Part shown: positions 27,870 through 36,364 of the stretch, piece by piece
Numbering within the stretch: the first letter of the stretch is position 1
Layout: the number at the start of each line of letters is the position of its first letter
IMG/VR virus record: IMGVR_UViG_3300012663_001011
Coordinates: 1-54,168 of that record
Source of the DNA: a virus
Taxonomy: Duplodnaviria > Caudoviricetes
DNA: 54,168 nt
Direction: 5' to 3' (one strand)
Notes under the pieces: model-generated
Told to the model about the DNA's origin: nothing
Database searches by the model: none
What the model saw: the letters and a program-made list of their open reading frames with translations, nothing else
Translations under genes and position numbers: made by a program

Positions 27870-28837
27870 TTTGGTATCTTTGAATCTGCGCTACTTACAC
27901 AGCTAGATGTAATGCAACTTTGGGGTTGTTTAAATAATTCAAATTGTTCCAGGGTTCCCAACGGTTGATCGTGACAACTGTAGCTACGTTTCACTTCATT
28001 ACCTCTTATTATAACACTTTGATATCCAGAATTACAAGTCCAACCTTGGAATTTATTAAATCCAAATGCGTTAAATCTTTCTGCTTGATCAAACAGATGT
28101 TCTGTTCCATCTTGCTCGTATAAAGCAATTTGGTAAACATCTGAACCTTGTGATCGTTGGGGGAATCCTGTCTGCATTTTGTGTATCATATCTTCAGTGT
28201 AACCATTTACCACAAAACTAGCAGTTGGGTCACTCATAGGCTTTAGTGTTACACTGATTCCTCGTTTATACAATCGTTCGCAACGTTCATACAATTCATA
28301 AAACTGAGCAGGCACCATTACTTGATTGATAGTAACGTGTACTAGTTCATATTGTAACTGTAAGCACTTGTCACCAAACTCTTGTTCTTTGGCAAACTCT
28401 GAATGAAAGCTAGCAGTAATACTCCTTCTCTGCAACATCTCAGTGTTCTTACACCAAGTGTTCCACCATTTGCTTCCTGGACTCAAATTGGTAGTCATAT
28501 GGATACTTTGGTAAGTGCTTTCTTTTTCGTCTAGATGTTTAACCAAATCATTTAACTGTTTGTATGCTGTAGGCTCACCACCGCTGAACGACCAATGGAA
28601 CTGGTTAAACCCATTAGCTCGTGCTTGACGCTTAATCTCGTCTACAGTAGATTTATATACTTCAAGCGATTGGTGATCCAATTTGTCACTGCGGGCATAT
28701 GGCCAGCAGTAACTACAATTATAATTACAAAATCTGCCCAATATCCAACTGGTAGAAAATAATGGGCGGTCTAACATTGTGCGTTGTCCAAACCGAACAA
28801 TATTTTGAAACGGTATTGATTGAAAATTAGTTGTCAT
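27854..28837 (-). CDS. Radical SAM protein
   Basis: CNYNCSYC; SGGEPT; C-terminal CNSG...C...CITSSC; related to 23332-24240. Confidence 0.88.
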   Translation of the reverse strand: MTTNFQSIPFQNIVRFGQRTMLDRPLFSTSWILGRFCNYNCSYCWPYARSDKLDHQSLEVYKSTVDEIKRQARANGFNQFHWSFSGGEPTAYKQLNDLVKHLDEKESTYQSIHMTTNLSPGSKWWNTWCKNTEMLQRRSITASFHSEFAKEQEFGDKCLQLQYELVHVTINQVMVPAQFYELYERCERLYKRGISVTLKPMSDPTASFVVNGYTEDMIHKMQTGFPQRSQGSDVYQIALYEQDGTEHLFDQAERFNAFGFNKFQGWTCNSGYQSVIIRGNEVKRSYSCHDQPLGTLEQFELFKQPQSCITSSCVSSADSKIPKCQNN

Positions 28838-28847
28838 AAAGTGCTAT

Positions 28848-28853
28848 TATTTA
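28848..28853 (-). promoter_or_regulatory. Late-type promoter (TAAATA)
   Basis: 10 nt before ATG 28837, heading the minus-strand radical SAM operon. Confidence 0.5.
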
Positions 28854-28865
28854 ACCACTAAGCGG

Positions 28866-28894
28866 TTGCATTCTACGAAACAAGGTTATATACT
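28866..28894 (+). promoter_or_regulatory. Sigma70-type promoter of the tRNA-like RNA
   Basis: TTGCAT-N17-TATACT; predicted +1 at about 28901. Confidence 0.7.
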
Positions 28895-28900
28895 AATAAT

Positions 28901-29011
28901 GTGGTCGTGAGTGGAACAGGCAGACCTCCCGCTAGTCCCATAGGCTAGATTGGGGACGGGGCAAAGTCATAGACGTAGCCTTTGTAGGTTCGAAACCTAC
29001 CGACCATACCA
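28901..29011 (+). ncRNA. Oversized tRNA-like RNA (111 nt)
   Basis: Acceptor GTGGTCG/CGACCAT + A + CCA; T-arm GTAGG-TTCGAAA-CCTAC; Leu/Ser-like D-loop GGAACAGGCAGA; enlarged anticodon and variable arms. Confidence 0.75.
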
Positions 29012-29054
29012 AATTCTATAATAAGTAGAATAACATAACTTTAAGGAAAACATT

Positions 29055-29246
29055 ATGTCAAACACAGTAGAACAATTAAAAGCAGACTTCGAAGCATTTT
29101 TATCAGAGGATGCAAAGTTTACAGCAGGCAATGGCGCAGCAGGTACTCGTGCTCGCAAGGCTCTTCAAGATGTTGCCAAGGGTGTTAAAGCTCGCCGCAA
29201 TGAAATTACAGCAGAAAAGAACGCCCGCAAAGAAGCTAAGGCTTAA
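29055..29246 (+). CDS. Histone H1-like Hc1 family protein
   Basis: KFTAGNGAAGTRARKALQ matches the Hc1 GNxAAGTRARK motif; AAGGA SD. Confidence 0.75.
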   Translation: MSNTVEQLKADFEAFLSEDAKFTAGNGAAGTRARKALQDVAKGVKARRNEITAEKNARKEAKA

Positions 29247-29248
29247 CT

Positions 29249-29749
29249 ATGAGCACCTATGTTCCTCCCAAACAGGATACATTAGCCGCTGAGGATATGA
29301 TTATAGACCTCGGCGGTGTAGGTGCTAGTTATTCTTCAGATACTATAACTATTTCTGGTATCGATATGTCTAGTGGATTAAATTATTCTACTATGAATAC
29401 TATAACTATGCCTTCTACATATACAGGCAGCTATGGTACTGTCACTACAAGTAGTGGTGGCGCAGGCCTTAACTGGAATAATAATTATACTATTAACGGA
29501 GGAGGTCTTACTGATACGAATGCCACAGTTAAAATTACTGGAAACGGTTTAGATCTCGACGAAGGCGCTGATATTAAAATAGGCCACAAAAGTCTTAAAG
29601 AATTTATGTCTAAGATGGAAGAGCGTATGGCAATATTAGTTCCCGATCCAGCAAAATTAGAAAAATTTCAAGCTCTTAAAAAAGCATACGAGCATTACAA
29701 GACTTTAGAAAGTCTATGCTTTAACGAACCGGAAGAAGATGAAGAATGA
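29249..29749 (+). CDS. Hypothetical phage protein, 166 aa
   Basis: ORF; S/T/G-rich N-half and helical C-terminus. Confidence 0.75.
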   Translation: MSTYVPPKQDTLAAEDMIIDLGGVGASYSSDTITISGIDMSSGLNYSTMNTITMPSTYTGSYGTVTTSSGGAGLNWNNNYTINGGGLTDTNATVKITGNGLDLDEGADIKIGHKSLKEFMSKMEERMAILVPDPAKLEKFQALKKAYEHYKTLESLCFNEPEEDEE

Positions 29750-30429
29750 ATGTTAAACTTTTATCCTACAGTCAACCCACTGCAGAATTTGCAGAGGCAG
29801 GCATTGACGATGCACAAGAATTAATTGCATATTGTGCAAGAGTCTCAAACCCAAGTAACCAACTTAACACTGACACAAGTGAAAAACTTATCAAATATCT
29901 TATTAAACACGCACACTGGAGTCCACTCGAAATGGTCAGTGCCTGTGTAGAGATAGAAACAACAAGAGATATTGCCCGTCAAATCTTACGTCACAGAAGT
30001 TTCAGCTTCCAAGAGTTCAGTCAGCGTTATGCTGACCCAACGAAAGACTTGTTCTTTGTTGTTAGAGAAGCACGATTACAAGATCCAAAGAATCGACAAA
30101 ACTCTGTTGAGTTAGAAGCGACTATTGGAAATGCAATGTTACAAGATCAATGGCGAGATAAGCAGCTAGAACTTATTGCCCTTGCGAAAGAAACATACGA
30201 ATGGGCTGTAAGTAAAGGAATCGCTAAAGAACAAGCTCGAGTTGTGTTGCCTGAAGGCAATACCGTAAGTCGTTTATATATGAACGGTACATTACGTAGT
30301 TGGATTCATTTTATTGAATTACGTAGTGCTAACGGTACACAAAAAGAACACCAACTAGTTGCATTAGCTTGTGCAAAAGCAATTGCTGCAATTTTTCCTA
30401 TGACAACTGAACTTATTAAAGGAGATTAA
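29746..30429 (+). CDS. thyX: FAD-dependent thymidylate synthase
   Basis: HWSPLE, RQILRHRSFSFQEFSQRY (RHRX7S), KEQARVVLP. Confidence 0.95.
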   Translation: MNVKLLSYSQPTAEFAEAGIDDAQELIAYCARVSNPSNQLNTDTSEKLIKYLIKHAHWSPLEMVSACVEIETTRDIARQILRHRSFSFQEFSQRYADPTKDLFFVVREARLQDPKNRQNSVELEATIGNAMLQDQWRDKQLELIALAKETYEWAVSKGIAKEQARVVLPEGNTVSRLYMNGTLRSWIHFIELRSANGTQKEHQLVALACAKAIAAIFPMTTELIKGD

Positions 30430-30430
30430 A

Positions 30431-31120
30431 ATGTTTGGAACAACTTATACAGGCGGAATGACATATCGTTCTGCAAGCGAAATTAATTCAGCAATGGGCC
30501 GTGTCTACGGACATATGAGTCTTGCTGTTATTGTATCAATGATTGTCAGCTACTTTGTAGGCACCAGTCCAGAGTTGTTGGCATTCTTTTTTACAGGTGT
30601 ACTGAAATGGATTGTGATTTTTGCACCACTGGTGGCAATTTTTGGTATTGCTATGGTGTTAGGAAATAATCCTAGCAAAGGTGTAGCACAGTTATGCTTA
30701 CACGGCTTTGCAGCATTAATGGGCCTGAGCTTTGCTACAATTTTTGCCGTATTCACTATGGGATCGATTGTCAGTGCCTTTATGGGTGCAGCTATTTTGT
30801 TTGGAGTGATGAGCGGCTATGGTTATTTTACCAAACAAAGTTTAGATAGTTTAGGTAAGTTTATGTTTGTAGGATTGATTGCTATTGTTATTGCTAGCAT
30901 TGTCAATATCTTTATTGGTAGTACTGTAATGCAAATGGTGATCTCAGCTTTAGCTATTATCATCTTCCTCGGATTAACTGCTTACGATACACAAAAGATC
31001 CGCGAAGAAGTCAGCGTAGATACCAATCCTGCTGTAGAAGTGACCGGTGCATTAACTCTTTATATGGATTTTATCAACTTGTTTATCAATTTGTTGCAGT
31101 TATTTGGTGATAGAAAGTAA
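30431..31120 (+). CDS. Bax inhibitor-1/YccA family membrane protein
   Basis: About 7 hydrophobic segments; AYDTQKI and ALTLYMDFINLF motifs. Confidence 0.92.
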   Translation: MFGTTYTGGMTYRSASEINSAMGRVYGHMSLAVIVSMIVSYFVGTSPELLAFFFTGVLKWIVIFAPLVAIFGIAMVLGNNPSKGVAQLCLHGFAALMGLSFATIFAVFTMGSIVSAFMGAAILFGVMSGYGYFTKQSLDSLGKFMFVGLIAIVIASIVNIFIGSTVMQMVISALAIIIFLGLTAYDTQKIREEVSVDTNPAVEVTGALTLYMDFINLFINLLQLFGDRK

Positions 31121-31126
31121 CACACT

Positions 31127-31510
31127 ATGTCTGATAAGTTTCAAGACTTCTGCAAGAACTACGAAGTGCAAGTGCTCAACGATCAGAAAAGGCGGGCTAG
31201 GTATCATCCTCCTCGCTTTTTCACACATCCAGAACGTGCTGATATCATTCGCAATGATATTGTAGAATTCGAAACTGAAAAAGTGTTTACAGTTGAGATT
31301 CCGGAAGGTAGATTTCGAGCTCTTGTAGAAATGGAACAACGTTTCTTTGGCAATCACACTCACGGGTATAGTGATGCTGATATGTTTGCTATGCTTATGG
31401 ACAAAGAACGAGAAGAAGCACACTACAGACACACTAACGCTGCTGTTCAAAAAGCCTATGAACAGTACAGCATTATGCTTAATCTAGCAGGCTACCAAAG
31501 AAAAATTTAG
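31127..31510 (+). CDS. Hypothetical protein, 127 aa
   Basis: ORF in operon context. Confidence 0.75.
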   Translation: MSDKFQDFCKNYEVQVLNDQKRRARYHPPRFFTHPERADIIRNDIVEFETEKVFTVEIPEGRFRALVEMEQRFFGNHTHGYSDADMFAMLMDKEREEAHYRHTNAAVQKAYEQYSIMLNLAGYQRKI

Positions 31511-31539
31511 TTGACACAACTGTAAATAGATTGTATAAT
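31511..31539 (+). promoter_or_regulatory. Sigma70-type promoter
   Basis: TTGACA-N17-TATAAT; the spacer contains a TAAATA. Confidence 0.8.
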
Positions 31540-31562
31540 TAGCTATCAATTAAGGAATAAAA

Positions 31563-32393
31563 ATGCGCAGTCACTATTGGACTATTGGAAAATTTGCAGA
31601 TTGGCTTCGCGGTACACCAAAGATCAAGTGCGGCACTAGTGAGGAATGGCACGATTGGGAAACCAAAGCCAAAGCCGCACATCCTGTTCGTTGGTGGATT
31701 GCTGAAGAAGGTTTGGATCAGTTACAAAAAGTTGTATATTACATTCCGGATAAATTAAATGACGTTAGATATTATATTAATAACCGTTGGGTTAGTCGCA
31801 GTCACTCACTTACTGCTCATCCTCGCGACATTAAGCCTGGCAATTGGTCCGACGTGGGCAATCGCTTTCTTCCTTGTTTGTTTAACGAGTTGGTGGATTT
31901 TGTTGAGATAGAGCAAGCGTGGCATCACTGCATATGGAGTGATGACGCTAAGACTAAATTTGAAACTCCGTGGTGGCGCAGTGGTTGGCTACGCTGGAGA
32001 ACTTGGCGTTGTCCAGAAGCTGGACTTGAATATCTACGTTGGGCAAGTACTCTTACCAACAAGGAATTTATCGAAGAAGGTGAAAAGGAAGAGCCAACAC
32101 ACCAAGCCAAATCTGCTAAGGAAATTATTGAGCTTTACACCTGGTGGACTACTACATATCGTAATCGTCCAGATCCATATGATGCAAGTGGCTGGACAGC
32201 CTATTGTGAAGCTAGTCGTGCGGCCAACGGTGGAAGTCTTTGGGGAAGTTTAGGTACTGATAAAACTCCCGAACTTAAAAAGATGAGCACCAAGTCACAC
32301 AAGTTACTTCAAAAGATTGAGGCGGCCTACGAAAAAGAAGATGAAGAAATGATGATTCGATTAATCAAAATCAGGCAATCATTATGGACTTAA
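31563..32393 (+). CDS. Trp-rich hypothetical protein, 276 aa
   Basis: Long ORF with AAGGA SD. Confidence 0.8.
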   Translation: MRSHYWTIGKFADWLRGTPKIKCGTSEEWHDWETKAKAAHPVRWWIAEEGLDQLQKVVYYIPDKLNDVRYYINNRWVSRSHSLTAHPRDIKPGNWSDVGNRFLPCLFNELVDFVEIEQAWHHCIWSDDAKTKFETPWWRSGWLRWRTWRCPEAGLEYLRWASTLTNKEFIEEGEKEEPTHQAKSAKEIIELYTWWTTTYRNRPDPYDASGWTAYCEASRAANGGSLWGSLGTDKTPELKKMSTKSHKLLQKIEAAYEKEDEEMMIRLIKIRQSLWT

Positions 32394-32551
32394 AAAACTC
32401 TAAATTTCGTCGTTGGGTTGAAGAGATTTGGAGAGAGAATTGCGAAGAGCGATTGACATACGGCCAAGACCGTGCTACAATAAAACAGTATTGGGACGCA
32501 TACAAATGGTGGCTCAAGCGTGAATATAAATTTCAACAAGGCAAAAAATGA
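32384..32551 (+). CDS. Unannotated 55-aa protein (MDLKNSKFRRWVEEIW...)
   Basis: Fills the gap; ATGA overlap with 32548; contains an internal TTGACA-N17-TACAAT promoter (32453-32481). Confidence 0.6.
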   Translation: MDLKNSKFRRWVEEIWRENCEERLTYGQDRATIKQYWDAYKWWLKREYKFQQGKK

Positions 32552-32766
32552 ATACTGCTAAAGACATCACTGATCATTTCATCACTCGTGCAAAGAATTT
32601 GCAAGAGTTTACAGTTACTACTGCTGTACCAGAAGGCTTTAGGTTTAATGGAACTATTCCTTTTGATATGGAAATTAAAGAAGGCGAAATCGCTGCCAAA
32701 GTATTTGCAGTAGACTTTGACGAAGCTGTTCAACGCTTTGATGAGTACCTAGAGGGCTGCAAATGA
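32548..32766 (+). CDS. Hypothetical protein, 72 aa
   Basis: ATGA-coupled ORF. Confidence 0.7.
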   Translation: MNTAKDITDHFITRAKNLQEFTVTTAVPEGFRFNGTIPFDMEIKEGEIAAKVFAVDFDEAVQRFDEYLEGCK

Positions 32767-33140
32767 AAGAACAGACTCCAGCAGAAGGCATACTGCTTCG
32801 AAAAGACTACGGCGATGCTAAGGTCTACGAAGTTGTATGTGAGTGCGGAGACTGTGATCACTCTCATAATGTTTGGGTTGAAGCCGAAGACATCGGAGTC
32901 ACTGTTACTATATACACTCAACAAAAAACAAAATGGTGGGAACTTAATCGTTGGAAGACCATTTGGATATTGTTAATCAAAGGTTATGTTGAACGAGAAT
33001 CCACTCTTATAATGTCTGAGCAACAAGCTCTTAACTATGCAGAAACTTTAAAAAAAGCTGTTAAAGATGTTAAAACATTTAAAAAACCAAAAGAGAACAG
33101 CGCAGCCGTAAAAGAAGCAAACGAACAAGATTGTGTATGA
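32763..33140 (+). CDS. Hypothetical protein with CECGDCDH motif
   Basis: ATGA-coupled ORF; possible Zn site. Confidence 0.7.
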   Translation: MKEQTPAEGILLRKDYGDAKVYEVVCECGDCDHSHNVWVEAEDIGVTVTIYTQQKTKWWELNRWKTIWILLIKGYVERESTLIMSEQQALNYAETLKKAVKDVKTFKKPKENSAAVKEANEQDCV

Positions 33141-33670
33141 CTAAAGCATCAAGTAGTCCTCAACGAAACACCTTTCAACTTGAAGGTGCAAGAGAACGTG
33201 CTGCCAAAGATGGCAAGGAAGTTCCAGAATATTATGAAAACTTTTGGAAATCAGCCAAACAACAAGATGAAGAAAATCTTGTAGATCCGGCGTGGCAGAA
33301 AGATAATATGGAATACGATCTACGCAGTAGCGAATGGATGTGTGCCAAAGTTCGAAACTCTGATGCCTATGCGCAGAATCTTTATGCGGCTATGTGCAAT
33401 ATGCAATTTATCAAACTGGATGTTATACCTATTCTAAAAGATCAACGTTGGAGCGCCAGTTGGCGTCACGCTGGCGGCATTGTGGCAGATATGCTACAAC
33501 AAGGCGACTACATAGATTGGTACTGTAGTGGTATGGGTGAAGGATTAGGTAACGGCGATGCAGATGGCACTAAAGGATATGTCCCTGAAGGTACTGTTAC
33601 AGAAGAAATCAAAGAAGACTTAAATAAACTTGGATGGGTCCCAAGCGAGTGGCCCGATGATGACAATTAA
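33137..33670 (+). CDS. Hypothetical phage protein
   Basis: ATGA-coupled start at 33137. Confidence 0.75.
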   Translation: MTKASSSPQRNTFQLEGARERAAKDGKEVPEYYENFWKSAKQQDEENLVDPAWQKDNMEYDLRSSEWMCAKVRNSDAYAQNLYAAMCNMQFIKLDVIPILKDQRWSASWRHAGGIVADMLQQGDYIDWYCSGMGEGLGNGDADGTKGYVPEGTVTEEIKEDLNKLGWVPSEWPDDDN

Positions 33671-33688
33671 GGAGAAAAGGTCAACCAA

Positions 33689-34024
33689 ATGAAAGTAGAA
33701 ACGCAGGATTGGGCAGGATATCGTGGATATATCATCGAGCGATTGAAAGCACAAGCCAAAAAATTTAAAGAAGTTGCAGAAGATGCCCTAGGGCAAGATA
33801 TTGAAGCTATTTGGGCAGTTGGTGGTGTTGCAGGTGACGGAGAGTTTGACGAGACCAGCGATGTAGAACTAATTGTTCAGATAGTTAATTTGGAAGAGTT
33901 CGAAGATACATTAGCATATGTACTTCAAGATAATATTGATTTGGTAGAAACCGATGTAGGGTTTATACGAATTGATGTTCAAAATCCCGAAGACTACGAT
34001 AAAAAACTCCTAATCATTGATTGA
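33689..34024 (+). CDS. Acidic protein with degenerate nucleotidyltransferase (MNT/pol-beta) motif
   Basis: IWAVGGVAGDGEFDETSDVELIV resembles hhFGSxAxG...SDhDhhV; AAGGAG SD. Confidence 0.5.
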   Translation: MKVETQDWAGYRGYIIERLKAQAKKFKEVAEDALGQDIEAIWAVGGVAGDGEFDETSDVELIVQIVNLEEFEDTLAYVLQDNIDLVETDVGFIRIDVQNPEDYDKKLLIID

Positions 34025-34049
34025 CAATACCAACATTCGGTGTTATAAT
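34021..34049 (+). promoter_or_regulatory. Sigma70-type promoter
   Basis: TTGACA-N17-TATAAT with TGn. Confidence 0.85.
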
Positions 34050-34081
34050 ATAAGTATTGTTTAATTAGATAGGAGTGGAAC

Positions 34082-35251
34082 GTGGCAACAAAAGCAAAAC
34101 ATCTAGCAGAAGCTCGTGCAAGCAAAGGAAAAGATCATTCTCCAAAGTGGGATGGTCACGAAACTTGGGATACTAATCAGTTCCTGCGCCATTTCCATAC
34201 TGCAATGAGTTGGTATCGGTTAGAGTCTAGTGGCAAGGAACTTAAACCCAAAGTGATTAATTGGATGAGTGCTAACGGCTACACTAAAGATCAAATTGCT
34301 GAATTTAAGAAAACCAAAGACAATCGTTGCGGAACAACTGTAGGTGCTATTGCTGCCTGTTTGTTAAAAGGTATGCCTACTGTTCGTGCAGATTGGAACG
34401 ATGGACGCAATACTGAGGAATGGTTACGTAATTCTATTAAAAAGATTGTAGCAGAAGGTAAAGACGACATTGACGACGATGCGGCTCCTGTAGTTGAAAA
34501 GCCAGTAGTAGCAATGCCTAGTATTCAAGAACGTGTTCGTGAAGCCAGCTACAAGATGACTGAAGAAATTGAAACTGCTATTGAAGCGTTTCAAACAGAT
34601 CCAGAATCGTTTGATCCTAAAGCATTTAAAGTTCTTAATTTGTTAAAGGCCAAAGAAGCCAAAGCTGCGCATTCACGTATTATTAAAGACTTTTACAGTG
34701 GCAATCTTGAAGAATTGATTGAAGCTGCTACTACAAAAGACGAACAACTTAAAGAAGCATACAGCCATTTAAGTAAGGCACAACTAAAAAAGATTACAGC
34801 ATTTTATCAAGAAATTATTTCAGCCTGCGAAATGCTAGGGCAAGAAGCTAAAGTTAATCGCAAGCCCCGTGCTAAAAAAGCACAACCTGTTGAAAAACTT
34901 ATTGCCAAACTCAAGTATAAAAAGCAAGACGAACCTTTAAAACTTGTGTCCATTAACCCAACTGATATTATTGGTTCTAAAGAACTGTGGGTTTACAACG
35001 TAAAAAGCCGCAAGTTGGGCAAGTATGTTGCAAAAGAATACAGCGACCTTGGCGTGAAGGGTACAACAATTATTAACTTTGACGAAAATAAAAGTGTACA
35101 AAAGACGCTACGCAAGCCTGCAGAACAGTTAACAGCATTTAAAGCATCAGGAAAAGTGCAGTTACGAAAGTTCCTAGAGGATATTAACGCTGTAGATATT
35201 AAAATGAACGGTCGTATTAACGACGAAATTATGCTTCTCAAGGCAGTATAA
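34082..35251 (+). CDS. Large Lys-rich hypothetical phage protein, 389 aa
   Basis: GTG start with AGGAG SD, downstream of a strong promoter. Confidence 0.8.
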   Translation: MATKAKHLAEARASKGKDHSPKWDGHETWDTNQFLRHFHTAMSWYRLESSGKELKPKVINWMSANGYTKDQIAEFKKTKDNRCGTTVGAIAACLLKGMPTVRADWNDGRNTEEWLRNSIKKIVAEGKDDIDDDAAPVVEKPVVAMPSIQERVREASYKMTEEIETAIEAFQTDPESFDPKAFKVLNLLKAKEAKAAHSRIIKDFYSGNLEELIEAATTKDEQLKEAYSHLSKAQLKKITAFYQEIISACEMLGQEAKVNRKPRAKKAQPVEKLIAKLKYKKQDEPLKLVSINPTDIIGSKELWVYNVKSRKLGKYVAKEYSDLGVKGTTIINFDENKSVQKTLRKPAEQLTAFKASGKVQLRKFLEDINAVDIKMNGRINDEIMLLKAV

Positions 35252-35282
35252 ACGTGTAAACCACCATCTGCTATAGTTCGAA

Positions 35283-35288
35283 TAAATA
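35283..35288 (+). promoter_or_regulatory. Late-type promoter (TAAATA)
   Basis: 7 nt before ATG 35296; no SD. Confidence 0.55.
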
Positions 35289-35295
35289 CTAGACT

Positions 35296-36354
35296 ATGGC
35301 AGATTCTAAAAACATTGACAAAGCTCTTACCTATCTAGGTAGCACATTAAAAAGTATCGTTGACGCAACTCCTCAAAAGGAACTTAGCCTCATCGATATA
35401 CTAAAAGCTATTCCAAAAAATGGCTTACCGGCTGACCGAATCGACGGGGCAGTTCTTAAAGGTATCAAAGATACTTCAACGTCCGAGCGTCTAACTATTA
35501 CTGACGCTGGCATTACAGCCGACAACATTACTGTAACTACGTTAAAAGCAGATATAATTGAAGTTAAAGAAATAAAGACCAGCGCACAACTAGAAAAATT
35601 TGATTCGATAGAATTTAAAACAGATATAGTTGGTAAAGGCCTGTTGTGGACCGGCGAGGGATATACTAAGCAATTTGTTCTTAGGTCTCCGGATCGTTTC
35701 TTTAGTTCAGAAAACATCGATTTAAATAAAGATAAATCTTTTTCCGTAAACGGAATAAGTGTATTGTCTGCCTCAGAACTCGGTTCTACAGTTACCAAGA
35801 GTTCCTTACGTGAAGTCGGGAGACTTAAAGGACTTATTGTTGATGGTTCCGTTTCTATCAACCAATACATTTATTACAATAGTACTTCTAGCAGATTAGG
35901 CATAGGTACAGAGGAACCCAACGCAGGGTTAAGTGTTGCCGAGGACGGCATCGAAGTTATGATCGGCAGTCGGGACGCTAGTCGCGGTATGATCGGTACA
36001 TTTGCTAGCCACTCACTTGATATCGTAACAGGAGACACTCCTTGGATTTCCATATCACCTAGCGGTAATATTCAACTTGGCAATACTAGTCAAGAACCTG
36101 TGCAAGTTTCGATTAGTGGAAAGTTGGCTGTTAAAGTTGCAGTGCCAGATCCTAACGTAGACCTACACGTTGCAGGCCCTATTCGATTCCACGGACATCT
36201 TCACATATATGCTGACGAAATTCCAACTGCTGGATCTTATAAAGTTGGTGACATCATTTGGAACAATGCTCCACGCTCGGGAAAATCAGTTGGTTGGGTT
36301 TGTACTGTTTCGGGTTCCCCTGGCGTATGGAATGCGTTTGGGTTAATTAATTAA
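35296..36354 (+). CDS. Fibre-like virion structural protein (paralog 1)
   Basis: RLGIGTEEP and LHVAG beta-fibre motifs; C-terminal GDIIWN...GWVC...G.PG.W..FG. Confidence 0.65.
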   Translation: MADSKNIDKALTYLGSTLKSIVDATPQKELSLIDILKAIPKNGLPADRIDGAVLKGIKDTSTSERLTITDAGITADNITVTTLKADIIEVKEIKTSAQLEKFDSIEFKTDIVGKGLLWTGEGYTKQFVLRSPDRFFSSENIDLNKDKSFSVNGISVLSASELGSTVTKSSLREVGRLKGLIVDGSVSINQYIYYNSTSSRLGIGTEEPNAGLSVAEDGIEVMIGSRDASRGMIGTFASHSLDIVTGDTPWISISPSGNIQLGNTSQEPVQVSISGKLAVKVAVPDPNVDLHVAGPIRFHGHLHIYADEIPTAGSYKVGDIIWNNAPRSGKSVGWVCTVSGSPGVWNAFGLIN

Positions 36355-36364
36355 TAGAGTTTAT

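Noticed and set aside
22258-28837. One of the radical SAM proteins being QueE, the partner of queD
   Set aside because: None has the QueE N-terminal SxQGEG or CDT motif; all carry extra Cys domains. The FESIQGD at 2758 belongs to the TraR-like ORF and is coincidental.
28901-29011. Calling the RNA tRNA-Met, tRNA-Sec, tmRNA or YrlA
   Set aside because: CAT loop lacks U33 and sits on a doubled arm; no TCA anticodon; far too short for tmRNA; free CCA acceptor end is unlike YrlA.
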